Below, piece after piece: positions 35,038 to 48,000 of a DNA stretch of 64,000 nucleotides (positions within the stretch are counted from its first letter, which is position 1; each line of letters begins with the position of its first letter). Source of the DNA: Rebecca billardiae RCC1528 (Eukaryota; Protista; Haptophyta); contig OZ251225.1 in NCBI GenBank assembly GCA_965240325.2, positions 310,001-374,000 of the forward strand, written 5' to 3'. Under the pieces are notes generated by a model. The model saw only the letters and a list, made by a program, of their open reading frames with translations. It did not search any database and had not been told where the DNA came from. A program made the position numbers and the translations under genes.

Positions 35038-36528
35038 ATGGATACCGCCCGCGTGCTCGGCGCCGGTCTTGCGGCGCTTTCTGGGGTGGTGGCGCTCCAC
35101 CTCATCGGCCGTAGGCTCGCCCGCAGGCAGGATCCCGGCGCGGACATCCCCATCGCGCCGGCTGGCGTCATTGCCACCGTCCGCGCCTTCAGCAACTTCG
35201 ACACGCCCACGTATGCGCTCGGGCTCTGGCACTCGACACGCCCACAAAAATCGGGTCCACTCCCACCGATCTTCCGCGTGCGCTTCCCGGTCTGGGCGCG
35301 GACGTACATGGTGACCGACCCGTCTGACGCTCGCGCAGTGCTCACTTCGCCCCACGTCGACAAGACGTCGACCTACCGCTTCTTCGACATGGTGACGGGC
35401 GGCACGCGCTCGGTGTTCTCGGCGCCATCCGACGTGCACTGGCGCGCCGCGCGCAAGGCGATGGTGCCCGCGTTCCGCGCGGCGCACGTCGAGCGCATGA
35501 ACCGCGTGTGTCTCTCGCACTTCGCGCGCTGGCGCGCCGAGACGCTCGAGCCCGCCGTCTCCAGCGGCGCGCCCCTCGACATCTGCGACGAGCTGATCAT
35601 GCTCACGATCGGCATCATCTGCGAGGCGGGCTTTGGGTACGCGGTGAGCGCAGACGAGGCGCGGGGGTTCCTGCGCGACCTCGAGCTCACGATCACGGAG
35701 GGGCGGCTTCAGCAGGTGCCGCTGCGCTGGCTCGCCGCGCCGCTGCTTCCCGCGGCGCGCGAGGCCCGCCGCGCCTCCGAGCGCAACGTCGCGTTCGCGC
35801 GCCGCATCCTCGACGCGTACCGGCACGCTCCGGAGCCCGTCCGCGCCGCGCACGCGCGCGACGAGACGCTCGTCTCGATGGTCGCCGAGAGCCGCGCGTA
35901 CGAGACGGAGCGCGCGCGCTGCGCCGACATGATCACGCTCCTCTTCGCCGGGCACGACACCACGGCGCTCAGCATCGCCTGGGCCCTGGTCGACCTCGCC
36001 CAGCGGCCCGCGGAGCAGGCGGCGCTGCGCGCGGCGCTGCGCCGCTCGGCCGAGCCGACGCGCGCGCCCGAGCTGCTCGCGGTGGTGAAGGAGAGCATGC
36101 GGCTCAACCCGGTGGCGGCGATGGGCTCGTTCCGCCGCACCGCGGTGGAGCTCAGCCTTCCATCCGGCCACAAGGTCGCGGCGGGCTCGTGGCTGCTGAT
36201 GCCGTACTACCTCATCCACAGGGGCGGCCAGATCGACGAGCCCGAGGAGTTCCGCCCCTCGCGCTGGGCGGCGCACCCCGAGGCGCAGGCGGCGGGGCGC
36301 GGCGTGCCGCGCAAGGACGAGGGCGCCAAGGCGCCGCTCACGCTCCCGTTCGCCGCGGGCCCTCGCAACTGCGTTGGCCAGGCGCTCGCCTACGCCGAGC
36401 TGCACGCCGTCCTCGCCAGCCTGTGCGCAGAGTACGAGTTTGAGCTGAGCGCGCAGCCCACGCCCTACTACAACCTGACCTGGCGGCCGAAAGGGGCGAT
36501 GCTTCGCGTGCGCCACGCGCTCGCGTGA
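35038..36528 (+). CDS. Cytochrome P450 (intronless)
   Basis: FAGHDTT, KESMR, FRPSRW and heme motif PFAAGPRNCVG. Confidence 0.96.
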   Translation: MDTARVLGAGLAALSGVVALHLIGRRLARRQDPGADIPIAPAGVIATVRAFSNFDTPTYALGLWHSTRPQKSGPLPPIFRVRFPVWARTYMVTDPSDARAVLTSPHVDKTSTYRFFDMVTGGTRSVFSAPSDVHWRAARKAMVPAFRAAHVERMNRVCLSHFARWRAETLEPAVSSGAPLDICDELIMLTIGIICEAGFGYAVSADEARGFLRDLELTITEGRLQQVPLRWLAAPLLPAAREARRASERNVAFARRILDAYRHAPEPVRAAHARDETLVSMVAESRAYETERARCADMITLLFAGHDTTALSIAWALVDLAQRPAEQAALRAALRRSAEPTRAPELLAVVKESMRLNPVAAMGSFRRTAVELSLPSGHKVAAGSWLLMPYYLIHRGGQIDEPEEFRPSRWAAHPEAQAAGRGVPRKDEGAKAPLTLPFAAGPRNCVGQALAYAELHAVLASLCAEYEFELSAQPTPYYNLTWRPKGAMLRVRHALA

Positions 36529-36971
36529 GTCGCTGGCGGCCGCAGCGGGCGGCCACGATGAGAGCCTCAGGTGGCGCCGCCTGGCGCCGCCGGCGAGGCG
36601 ATCGCAGGGCACGCACGAGCCACGGGAGCGTGATCTCAGGGTGGCGGCTGCGCATCAAGTCGCGACTTCGTCTCATTCGTCCAGCCTGAGCTGCGACCCT
36701 CGACGTCTCTCTGACTCGACTCTGTGACTGTCGTCAGGACTCAGCAGGCCACGCGCCAGGTGCGCTGAGCCGCCCGAGGCCGAGCGCTAGCCGCTAGGCC
36801 GCGCTACCGGGTCGCCGGACCAGCCGGGCGCCGCTAGGCGCGCTACTATGGCGCTGCTAATAAATCGTCTAATTAAATGCGCTATGCTGCATATGGTATA
36901 ACTCATCAGTATTAAGATGACTGTAGTAAATATACTAACAAATCGTCAATATTGACAATTGTAGTACCAGT

Positions 36972-39364
36972 TAGGGGGTCCATCAGATTAAATTGAGTTT
37001 TGATTTTTTTTTCTTTTCCATTCAGAACTTGTTCGGCGGGTTTTCGCGATCGGCAGATTCCAAATCCGCGCTCGGCTGGCCCCGGCGCGGGAGCGGAGCT
37101 CTGAACGGGGTCGGCGAGGCTGATGGCCCTCATCGACGGCCGTCCGCTCGCCATTGGGCGCACCCACCTCGGTGCAGGCGCCTCGTCAAGCGGCTGGGCG
37201 GCTGCGGACGGGTAGCCATGACTCGTGCGGACCGGGCTCTCGCTGGGAGTCGTGGTTCAACCGAAGCTCGTGCTTCATAATTTGCATCTGCGTGCTCAAC
37301 GTGTGCTGCTCGCGACCAAGGAGCGAGTCCTAGCAGCACGTGCTGGCGACCTACGCGGAGACGAACATGACCTACGCGGTGGGGTGGACATCGACAACGA
37401 CTCGACGCAGCCTTCTCGCTCACCCGACACCGCGCTCTCGTGCTCAGACTCTCCCCCGACGCCTCGGCCGCAAGGAGCGCTCGACGCCGACCAACTTGCG
37501 GGCCGCCGCGCCGGGCATGACGAGGTCCAGGGCGTGGCGGATGATGATGTGCGCGTGTCCATGGACATGTGCGACCCGCCCGAGGTCCCCGCCAGCACTG
37601 CAGAGGGGCTCACCTCCTCCGCGGACGGCCACGATGGCGTGCAGCAGTCAAGGCTCGAGCTGCCGCCAGACATCAACGTCCGCGTGGAGCAGGTCGAGGA
37701 GACGGCGGCGGCGGCGCGCGCCATTCACGTGATGCACACTTTTGGCTGCCGCTTCGTGGCCGGCACGCACCCGCGGTACGCATCGGTGCTCAACTTCGTG
37801 CTCCTCGACCTCCTCCGCACGCTCGTGGACCTCATGCTCAAGAAGAACTTGAGGAAGCGCAAGCAGTTGGTCAGAGTGTTCACCGCGGCGTACGCCCAGA
37901 CCGCGGGCGACGGTGGGATGAGGAAGCCCAAGAAGGTCGCGCACGCCTGCGCGGACGTGCACGGCATCTCGGCGCGCCACGACTCGCCGCGGCTCGAGAT
38001 GATCGGCAACTGGCTGATGACCGTGCACAGGTGGTCGAAGGGCAAGCGCCAGGACGTGGAGCGCATCCTGAGCCGGAAGCTGGGCGCGTCGGCGGCGGAG
38101 AGGTTGGCGGAGCTGGACACCGACGACCAGTTGCTGGGCGCCGCCCACGTCAGCTGCCCCTTCCGCGACCTCGACTCGCACCCCGACGCTGACGCGCCGC
38201 GCATTTCCGCATCAGGCCGCGTGACGGTGCCGCTGCACGAGCAGCGCGTGACTCCTGCTGAGCACGCGATCATCTCGGAGCAGCAGGTGGAGCTGGACTC
38301 GTCGCGCAAGGCGACCGCGCGCGCCGTCGCCGACGCTGCGCGCGCCAGCTTGCGCGCCGACGAAGCCGAGCGCAGCGCGTGCTGTGGCACAGATCGCGCT
38401 GCGGCCGAGCGGGCGGCCATGGCTGCCGACGGCGCCGAGCTCAAGCGCGAGAGGAGAGCGGCGGAGCTTCGGGGCGAGCGCGTGGCGAAGCGCGCGCAGT
38501 CCGTCGCAGTAGTGGTGAACCGGTGGCAGCCTCGCGTGGGCCGGGGTACGACGAACGGCGACGATGCCGGTGACACAGAGTACGGGCTTGGAAGTCGCCG
38601 AACGGACCGCGGCAAGCTTGGCGGCGGCAATCGACTGCCAGTCTGCGCACGCAAGCCTCGACGGCGGAGCCGGAGGGCTCTCCTGCGAGTGTTGGGATGG
38701 TGGCATGCTCAGAGGTGGTCTTGCTAGTGTGCCTCGGCACGCAGCCCGCCGCCCGCATCAGGCCCGTGCGGGCCTGCTGCGGCACTGTTCGAGTGGCATG
38801 AGCAGCGGCAGTGACTGCTCCGCGGCGGCGGCCGCCTATTCGGATGACCCAGTCTCAGTATTGAACACGGTACCCACATATAGGCACCAATATGAATATA
38901 TATAAGAGAGTGCACCCGTATTATATATAAACGGGTAAGTCTATGCGTATGTGTGGGTAGGGGATCTCTAATTAAATGGGTAAAATGCTCGATCTTGGAG
39001 TAGTTTTTCACCGACCGCTACGCGCACTCATCATGCCTACTAAAATTTAGCAATTCCACCTTAATTTTGTTGGGGCGGGTTGCAACGGTTATGAATAAGT
39101 AAGTCCGACGACATACCGTCATTTAGCCGCCATAACAAGTCCTTGACGTTTGGCTGAATCTGTAATATGTGACACAGTGGCGCAGCTGGCGTGCGCGCAC
39201 GACCGCGCGACGGCGCGCGGAGTCGGTTTTGAGTGCTTCCAACGGCTGGGCTGGGCTCTGGGACATATTTGTAAGTGACTCCGCAAGCGCCACGCTCGTC
39301 AGACACCTAAATCGCATGGTTGTCGAAAATCACAAATCAATGGGCTGCTGTCATGGACCCCCTA
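36972..39364. mobile_element. 2.4-kb TIR DNA element (TAGGGGGTCCAT...ATGGACCCCCTA) with 7-bp TSD TACCAGT
   Basis: 12-bp perfect TIR plus a degenerate subterminal ATTGA.TT.TGATTTT; TACCAGT at 36965-36971 and 39365-39371. Confidence 0.75.
37225..38727 (+). pseudogene. Unrecognised or degenerate ORF inside the TIR element (possible transposase or cargo remnant)
   Basis: 500-codon frame with a protein-like core (HVMHTFGCRFVAGTHPRYASVLNFVLLDLLR...) but no ATG start and no recognisable catalytic motif. Confidence 0.4.
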
Positions 39365-39810
39365 TACCAGTTAGTCGTAGCAGTCGTAGTCTTTATACAG
39401 TAGCTGCCGTACTGAGCCTCAGTACAATGACACTTGACTCAGGCGGCTGGCACCGCGCAGCCTGCGCCGCCTGCCCGCTGCCGCCTAGCAGAATCTTAGC
39501 TTAATAAGCTTACCGCGTGTCCGTGACCGTCCCTCAATCGCTTCTGCTCATGATTTAGACATGATACATGACGTGCGTAATCACTGCTCAGCGGCTCAGT
39601 CTTGGCAGTCATTCACAGCCGTCAGTCCTAGTAGTAGGTAAGTCTAAGCTGAGCACGCGGATGCGGCGGCGGGCCGCCCGGGCCGGTCGGGAGCCGCGAG
39701 GGCCGGGCTTCGGGCGGCGAAGGTCTCGTCCGGACTTCTTAATCTCGCCTGCCTGAGCTGTGTGCGTCTCTTATTCTTAGTAAACTGTATTCTGCTGGCG
39801 CGTGGTCACG

Positions 39811-40551
39811 ATGGCGACGGTTCTGTCTCGACGTCTTGCCTGCCGGTCGGGCACGTTGGGCGAGAGCCAACGATGCCTGTCCAAGCTCAGCGACACGTAC
39901 AGCAAGTGGGTGCAGAGCTCAGAGAAGTCGCTCGCAGAGAGCCGCGAGCGCCTCTTCGCCGACTTTAAGGACCACACGTCTCGATTCGAGGAGATCGGCC
40001 GATCCATCAGACTGCAGGACATGGAGACGGGCTTCCCGACGGAGCTGCTGCCTGCGCACGAGCGTTTTCGCGTCCCGAGCATCAATGGCGTACAGGCGCT
40101 TGACGGCACACCCCGGGACTTCTCCGCGGCGGGCATCTTCTCTGGGCGCACGACTCTTCTCGGCGCCAGCACGTCTGCCATTGGCCGCAGCTTTGTGACC
40201 AAGGCACTGGGACCGCTCGCCGACGAGCTGCGCGAAAGTCCGCACATGCAGTCCCTGGAGCTCTCGCTGGTGGACAATGGCGCGCTCACTTGGCTGGTCA
40301 AGCCCTTGCTGCTTGCATCCATGCGCATGCAGGTGCCGAGCGAGCAGCAGCCGGGATTCCTGTGCTGCTTTGGCGCATCGCGCGAGCCACGGGAGGGCCT
40401 CAAGATTGCCAACCGATTCGCGGGGTACATTTTCGTCATCGACAGGCGGGGCGAAGTCCGATGGCGTGCGTCGGGGCACCATGCCACGGGCGTGACTGAG
40501 GATGACTTGCAAGTGCTCCGCAAGCAGCTCGATGCGGCGCATGCCGCTTGA
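39811..40551 (+). CDS. ATP10: Mitochondrial ATPase assembly factor ATP10
   Basis: Presequence-like N-terminus; NRFAGYIFVIDRRGEVRWRASG signature. Confidence 0.88.
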   Translation: MATVLSRRLACRSGTLGESQRCLSKLSDTYSKWVQSSEKSLAESRERLFADFKDHTSRFEEIGRSIRLQDMETGFPTELLPAHERFRVPSINGVQALDGTPRDFSAAGIFSGRTTLLGASTSAIGRSFVTKALGPLADELRESPHMQSLELSLVDNGALTWLVKPLLLASMRMQVPSEQQPGFLCCFGASREPREGLKIANRFAGYIFVIDRRGEVRWRASGHHATGVTEDDLQVLRKQLDAAHAA

Positions 40552-40576
40552 TAGTTGATACACGCTCGTCGAGGCG

Positions 40577-41035
40577 GTGCGCGTGCACCCCACGCAACGG
40601 CTCCTCGTGATCGGCGACGAGAACCTCGACCTGGCCGAGGGGTGCGCGTGCACCACCGTCTCGTCCTCGCGCGCCTTCGGCCAGCTGCGCGCGCTGCTGG
40701 CGGAGGAGCAGCTCGAGCGCGTGCTCCTCGTCATCCGCTCGGCGAACGACTCGAAGGCCGACGTCGACTGCTACCTCGACGCGCACGGCGTGCTGCCCAA
40801 GCGCGGCTTTGCCAAGCAGCCGACCATCGACGGGGTGCGCCCGCTGTGGGAGCAGCGCTTCGAGGCGCCGCGCGCAGAGGGCGCGGGCTTGGGCGCGCGG
40901 CCCGACGCGGCCGACGCAGCCGCCCCGCTGGTGGGCGCGCAGCCGCGCCGCGGCTCCCCGCTGGGCGCCGACCCCGACCTGCTGTGCGAGGTCGTGAGCC
41001 ACACCGTCTTACACGCCCACGGCTATGCCGAGTAA
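40577..41035 (+). pseudogene. Orphan fragment resembling an atypical receiver-domain C-terminal half
   Basis: LLVIGDENLD...LLVIRSANDSKADVDCYLDAHGVLPK; no ATG; starts 26 bp after the ATP10 stop. Confidence 0.4.
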
Positions 41036-42044
41036 CCGCGCGCGACCTGCCGTGCCCGTGGCGGGCGTGGGCGGCCGTGCGCCGCCACCTGATCTCGCTG
41101 ACTCCTCAGTATCGTCTAATAAAGCTAGCAGCTAGATCATCGACAATCATCATGCATATTGCATCGCCATCAGCATATGTCGATCGTCTAGTCAGCAGCT
41201 GCGCGCGGCTGCAAGCGCGGGCGCAAGCGGCGCCGAGCCCGACTGCCCGAGGCCCGCGAGCGCTGGAGCTGAGTAGTGAGTAGTGAGTGTCAGCTAGCAG
41301 GTCGGCAGGTGCTGCGCCGACGCAATGCTGCGGGCACAAAGAGGCGACATTGACGAGGCAGGTCTTGGCGCGACATGACGCGCGCGAGCATCATCATCGC
41401 GACATCATCTCGTGGCAGCATACTGTGCTGCGACGATGATGAATGATGATGATGCCGCGCGCCGTGTGCGCTTGGCCTTGCTGTCTGCTCCCCTTGTGCG
41501 CGCCATCAGCTCTGCGCCGGGAGCCGCGCAGCGAAGCTGGATGATCGAGCGCCAGAAGCTGCGAGGTGATGCCCGCCTGGGCGATGAGCTCGGAAAGGGT
41601 AGTGATCGAGTTGACGCCATCGTCGCCATCAGACTGCGCCAGAGACGGACCTCGCAGCACAGATCGCGGCAGATATCACACCGCGCGATGGCGGCGCGGT
41701 GAGTCACGAGACGAGGGGTCGAAGCGAGGGCGTGGACGAGCTCCGCCGCCAACGGCTGCGCATCAGGGCTGATGATGCGGGGGTGGAGCATCCGACCCCA
41801 GCACAGCAGCGGCGCGAATGGGCCTGAGCGAAAGTCGAGGGAGACTCGCAGGGCGATGTGGAGATCATGGAAGTCATGCATGCGTGAGGATCGATCAAAC
41901 GTGGAGGCCTGGAGGCCCTCCTGGAGGGCATGTGATGTGCTGTGCGCGCGCGGCGCACGGCCGATGCGAGGGATGCCCTCGGCGATTGGCATCGGCGCGT
42001 GCAGCTGCATCCAGCGCACGAGCCCCGCGCGGCATCGACCGCGC

Positions 42045-45000
42045 TCAGGCACGGCGCCGAGTCGAGCGCCGAGTCGGCATCGGCTCCTCCTCGGCGCGCT
42101 TGGCTGCCGGCTTGGCGGCCGGCTTGGCAGCCGCTTCGGACGTGCTCGCCGTCGCGCGCTGCCGGGCGGCACGCCGCTTGGGCGGCTGCTCGGACTCGGG
42201 CTCGGGCTCGGCCGCCGCAGCCGATGGCGCCGCCTCGGCCACCTCGGTGCTGGCGGCCGCACGGCCACGCTTCGGGCGAGCTGCGGGCGCGGGCGCCGCG
42301 GGCTCGGCAGCGGCCTTGGCCGCCGGTGCCGCCCGAGTGCGCGTCGCGCGCGCGCGGGCAGAGCGAGCCTTTGGAGCTGCCTCCTCCTCGGCCGGCTCGG
42401 GCGCGGCAGCCTCCTCGGCCGGCGAGGGCTCTGGTGCTGCCGTCGGCTCCACGGCCGCGCGCTCGGCGGCCGCAGGGGCCGCCTGGGCAGCGTGCGACGG
42501 CTCGCCCTCGACCGCGGCCGCCTTGGGCGCGTCTGTGCGCGCTGCTTCGGCCGTTGGCGCGTCGGCATGCTCCTCAGCCGGTGCAGCCATCTCCGGAGCC
42601 GCCGCGGGCTCAGCCACCGCAACGGGCTCAGGCTGAGCGGCCACACTCTCGGCCGGCGCCTCGGCCGCGGCGCCCACCGACGCCGCGGCTGCCCGCTCGG
42701 CCGCGGCCGCGGGCTCGGCCGCGGTGTCCGCGCACGCCTGCGCGCCGGCCGTCGACTCGGCCGCCTCCTCCGCCGCCGGCGCCGAGACGACGACGGTCCG
42801 CAGCGGCGAGCCGCGCACCGAGCCGCGATCGAGCCGCTTGAAGAGCACCTCCTGCTTGGCAGTCACGAGCCCGCCTGCAAACGAGACGCGCCGGCAGTTG
42901 CGCTTCTGCTTGGTCGCGCCCTGGGCGGCTGCGGGCTGCGCGCTGCTCGGGCCGGCTGTCTGCGCGGAGCCGTCTGCAGCTGCCGCGGTCGTCGAGTCGG
43001 GCGCGGCCGTCCGCTCGGCCTCGGGCGTCGCCTCGGCGGCGGCCGGGCGCTTGCGCCCGCGCGTCTGGCGCGTGGCGCGCGTGGCAGGCGCCGAGCTCGC
43101 CACCTCGGCCGTCTTGCGCGTCTGCCGGCGCGCGCGAGTCGTCGCCGCGCTCTCTGCCGCCGGAGCCTCTTCGTGCTCGGGCGCGTCGCCCGTCTGCGCC
43201 TCCGCGGGCGGCTTCGGCTTCTGTGCCGCCTCCGCCGACTCCGCCTGCGAGCGCGTGGGGGAGGCCGAGCTCGGGGGCGCGTCCGCCGTAGCGCTCACAC
43301 CAACCTCAGCCTCGAGCACGGCGTCAGCAGGCGCCGCCGCCTCGTCGGCCGCGTCGGCCATGTCGGCCGCATCAGCAGGTGGCGGTGCCGCGTCGGCCGC
43401 GCCGGCCGCGTCGGCCGCATCCGCCGCGTCGGCGGCGGTGGTCTTGATCGGCTGCGCGGCCTCCTCCTCCGGCTTGGCCTCTTCGAGCGTGGCCGTGGGC
43501 TCGGGCGCGGTGGCCAGCTCCGCGCCCTGCGAGGGCAGCTCCTCCGCGGCCGCGGGCGCCTGCGCCGAGCCCTCGCCCCCCTCCGCCGCCGCCGGCTCGG
43601 GCTGGGCGTGTGAGCGCGGCGTGGCGTGCGCGGCTGCCTCCAGCGCCGCTGCGACCGCCGTCGCGTTGCACCCGTCGGCCTGCGCCGGAGGCGCGGCGGC
43701 GACGGGCGAGGGGTGCTCGAGCGCGCCGCCTGCCGGCACCGCAGTCGGCTTGTGTGCCGCGTCGGCAGCGGCCGCGTCGGCACTGCCCACGCCCGCCTTC
43801 GCCGCGCCGCTTGCACCGGGCGTGAGCGACTGCTTGCGCGTCGTGCGGCACGTCGCTGCCGAGCCGAGCGCGCCCGTCGAGGGTGCGCGCGACGAGCGCA
43901 ACTCGTGCGCTTGCACCTGCGCCAGCAGTGCGCAGCACGGGGCGGGCGGGGCGGGGCGCGCACGGTGTGAGATGGAGGCGAGAGCACGCGCCGCGCCGCG
44001 CGCACGCTCGCGCGTGAACACGCGCGCTCGCGCTCGCGCGTGTCGGCGCGTGCGCGCACGTGAGCCTGGGCGCTCGGCGGTGCCGGCTGGTCCTTCACGG
44101 CTGAGCCGCCCGCGGCCGCGGCATCAGCCGGGTGCGGAGCGGGCGTGACGGAGGGTACGGCGGGCGTGCCACGCGCCGACGCGCGCGTGCCGGGAGTGCG
44201 CGCGGCCGAGCCGAGCCCACTGCACGGCAGCGCGCGCGACGCGGAAGGAAGCGCAGCAGTCGCGGGCGCGGTCGCGGGATGTGTGAGCGCACAGCTCAGC
44301 AGGGGAGCAGCGCGCACGCTCGGCCGGCCTCGCTCCACATGCGGGCGCGTGCGCACGGGGCGCGCGTGCGCACCTGCCAGACGTCACGTGCGCTGCGTGG
44401 CGCACGCTGGTCGTCGACGCGCCGCCGATGCTCGGGCGCGCGCCTGCTGGCGCCGCGGGCCCGCTCTCATCGACGAGGCTGGGGAACGGCTGCGCCGACG
44501 GCGGCTGCGCCTGCTCCGGCTGCGAGCCGTCCGTGGCGTCTGCGCGCGGCTGGACGATGAAGGTGGCGCGGCACTCGTACGAGCTGGCGCCTGGGGTGTA
44601 CGCGCCGAGCACGATGCGCACGCTGCGCGCGGGCGGAGCGGGATGGGCGGGATGGGGCGCGCGAGTCAGTCGTCTCACGCAGCGCGCGCGGACGCGCGCG
44701 CCCGCGCGCGCCAGTCGACACCATCTCACGGCGCGCGCGCTGAACGGTGCGAGCGAGGCGCGCACCGGACGTCTGCGCCCGCGTGCGCGGGCGACTCGGC
44801 CGCGAGCTGGCGCCCGTCGCTACAGCGCGTCACCGACGTCGGGTCCTCACTGGCCTGCGGCAGGGCCACAGCCTCGATCGGCACCGGCGTGCCGTGCGCG
44901 GACATGGCCTCGACAGCGCCGTGCGCGCCTGTGGACGGAGCCGCGGCGATGCTGCCCAGCAGCTCGATGGCGGCCGCCGTCGCCGCCGGGCCCTCCGCCG

Positions 45001-48000
45001 GCGTGGCCGGAGACTCCGCGGGGCCGCTCGCGCGCGGGACGGTGTCCAGATTGAGCAGCTCGCTCGGCGTGAAGGTGCCCTTGACGCTCGCGCGAGCGCT
45101 GTGCGGCGCCGACGGCTGCGCGGGCGTGAAGCGGCCGAGCAGCGTGAACGACTGCGGCACGGCCGAGCCCGGCGTGAAGGCAGGGCGCGCGGCCGAGCCG
45201 AGCGCCGGCGTCTGCGCCGAGAGGGCGCACATGCCCACCACGCTCTGCCGCCGGCTCTCGTCCTCCTCGCCGCCGAGCGCCGCAGGCAGCCGCGAGAGCG
45301 CGCCCTCCGCCCCGATGGGCTCAAAGAGGGGCACAGGCGGCACAGGCGGGCGGGAGTCGCGCGCCGCCGCCGCGGATGAGGGCAGCTCGTCGGCGCGGAT
45401 GAGGCCGGGCGTGCCGACAGCTGCCGGCAGCATGGCGCATGGCGCCGCGAGGTCCATGGCCACCGAGTCGAAGAGCGGCGCGGGGCTCTCGGGCAGCATG
45501 CGCCCGCCGAACACGTCGGGCACGGAGCGCGCGCCGCTCCCAGAGGCTGACGCGCTACCGTCATCCCGGCCGGCCGCCTCGGGCGCAACGGCTGCGCTCT
45601 TCTCCGGTGGCGGCGTCTCGCGCTCGTCCTCGCGGCGCCAGGTGAACACCTGGCCACCGACGACGCACACTCGCGGCTCCGAGCCGACGTGCGTCGGCGT
45701 CGGCCCCGGGGCGTCGACCGCCATCTCCTCAGCGGCTGCTGGCACTTCGTCTGCCGGAGGCGAGTCGGCCGCCTCGGCTGACGCGACCGGCTCAACTGCA
45801 GCCGAGTGCGGCGTGGCCGCAGCGGGCGCACTCGGCGGTGCGCGCTTGACCGAGTTGGCGAGATCGTCGTCCGTCGGCGCAGGCGGGGCCGGCGTCTTCG
45901 CCACCAGCGGCGACGCCTTGACGGCCGAGCGCGTCGAAGCTGAGCCGCGCTTGACCGAGCCCGCGATGTCCACGCCCGGCGCGTTGACCGCGGCCGGCGT
46001 CTGCGCCGCCGGCGTGCGCACGCGCTTGACCGAGTTGGCAAGATCGTCGTCCGTCGGCGCAGGCGGGGCCGGCGTCTTGGCGGCGAGAGGTGTCGCCTTG
46101 ACGGCCGAGAAGGCCGCCGCCGAGCCGCGCTTGACCGAGCCGGCGATGTCCACGCCCGGCGCGTTGACCGCCGCCGGCGTCTGCGCCGCCGGCGTGCGCA
46201 CGCGCTTGACCGAGTTGGCGAGATCGTCGTCCGTCGGCGCAGGCGGGGCCGGCGTCTTGGCGGCGAGAGGTGTCGCCTTGACGGCCGAGCCGGCCGCCGC
46301 CGAGCCGCGCTTGACCGAGCCGGCGATGTCCACGCCCGGCGCGTTGACCGCCGCCGGCGTCTGCGCCGCCGGCGTGCGCACGCGCTTGACCGAGTTGGCG
46401 AGATCGTCGTCCGTCGGCGCAGGCGGGGCCGGCGTCTTGGCGGCGAGTGGTGTCGCCTTGACGGCCGAGCCGGCCGCCGCCGAGCCGCGCTTGACCGAGC
46501 CGGCGATGTCCACGCCCGGCGCGTTGACCGCCGCCGGCGTCGCCGGCGTGCGCACGCGCTTGACCGAGTTGGCAAGATCGTCGTCCGTCGGCGCAGGCGG
46601 AGCCGGCGTCTTGGCGGCGAGAGGTGTCGCCTTGACGGCCGAGCCGGCCGCCGCCGAGCCGCGCTTGACCGAGCCCGCGATGTCCACGCCCGGCGCGTTG
46701 ACCGCGGCCAGCGTCTGCGCCGCCGGCGTGCGCACGCGCTTGACCGAGTTGGCGAGATCGTCGTCCGACGGCGCAGGCGGGGCCGGCGTCTTCGCCACCA
46801 GCGGCGACGCCTTGACGGCCGAGCCGGCTGCCGCCGAGCCGCGCTTGACCGAGCCCGCGATGTCCACGCCCGGCGCGTTGACCGCGGCCGGCGTCTGCGC
46901 CGCCGGCGTGCGCACGCGCTTGACCGAGTTGGCGAGATCGTCGTCCGTCGGCGCAGGCGGGGCCGGCGTCTTCGCCACCAGCGGCGACGCCTTGACGGCC
47001 GAGCCGGCCGCCGCCGAGCCGCGCTTGACCGAGCCCGCGATGTCCACGCCCGGCGCGTTGACCGCGGCCGGCGTCTGCGCCGCCGGCGTGCGCACGCGCT
47101 TGACCGAGTTGGCGAGATCGTCGTCCGTCGGCGCAGGCGGGGCCGGCGTCTTCGCCACCAGCGGCGACGCCTTGACGGCCGAGCCGGCCGCCGCCGAGCC
47201 GCGCTTGACCGAGCCCGCGATGTCCACGCCCGGCGCGTTGACCGCCGCCGGCGTCTGCGCCGCCGGCGTGCGCACGCGCTTGACCGAGTTGGCGAGATCG
47301 TCGTCCGTCGGCGCAGGCGGAGCCGGCGTCTTGGCGGCGAGAGGTGTCGCCTTGACGGCCGAGCCGGCCGCCGCCGAGCTGCGCTTGACCGAGCCCGCGA
47401 TGTCCACGCCCGGCGCGTTGACCGCCGCCGGCGTCTGCGCCGCCGGCGTGCGCACGCGCTTGACCGAGTTGGCGAGATCGTCGTCCGTCGGCGCAGGCGG
47501 AGCCGGCGTCTTGGCGGCGAGAGGTGTCGCCTTGACGGCCGAGCCGGCTGCCGCCGAGCCGCGCTTGACCGAGCCCGCGATGTCCACGCCCGGCGCGTTG
47601 ACCGCGGCCGGCGTCTGCGCCGCCGGCGTGCGCACGCGCTTGACCGAGTTGGCGAGATCGTCGTCCGTCGGCGCAGGCGGGGCCGGCGTCTTCGCCACCA
47701 GCGGCGACGCCTTGACGGCCGAGCCGGCCGCCGCCGAGCCGCGCTTGACCGAGCCCGCGATGTCCACGCCCGGCGCGTTGACCGCCGCCGGCGTCTGCGC
47801 CGCCGGCGTGCGCACGCGCTTGACCGAGTTGGCGAGATCGTCGTCCGTCGGCGCAGGCGGGGCCGGCGTCTTCGCCACCAGCGGCGACGCCTTGACGGCC
47901 GAGCCGGCCGCCGCCGAGCCGCGCTTGACCGAGCCCGCGATGTCCACGCCCGGCGCGTTGACCGCCGCTGGCGTCTGCGCCGCCGGCGTGCGCACGCGCT

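Noticed and set aside
31945-36528. Protease-P4H-P450 as a biosynthetic cluster
   Set aside because: There is no core biosynthetic enzyme or precursor peptide, and these are ordinary unrelated eukaryotic genes.
37225-38727. Fanzor/TnpB or DDE transposase assignment for the element ORF
   Set aside because: No RuvC motifs, zinc finger or DDE triad are recognisable by eye.
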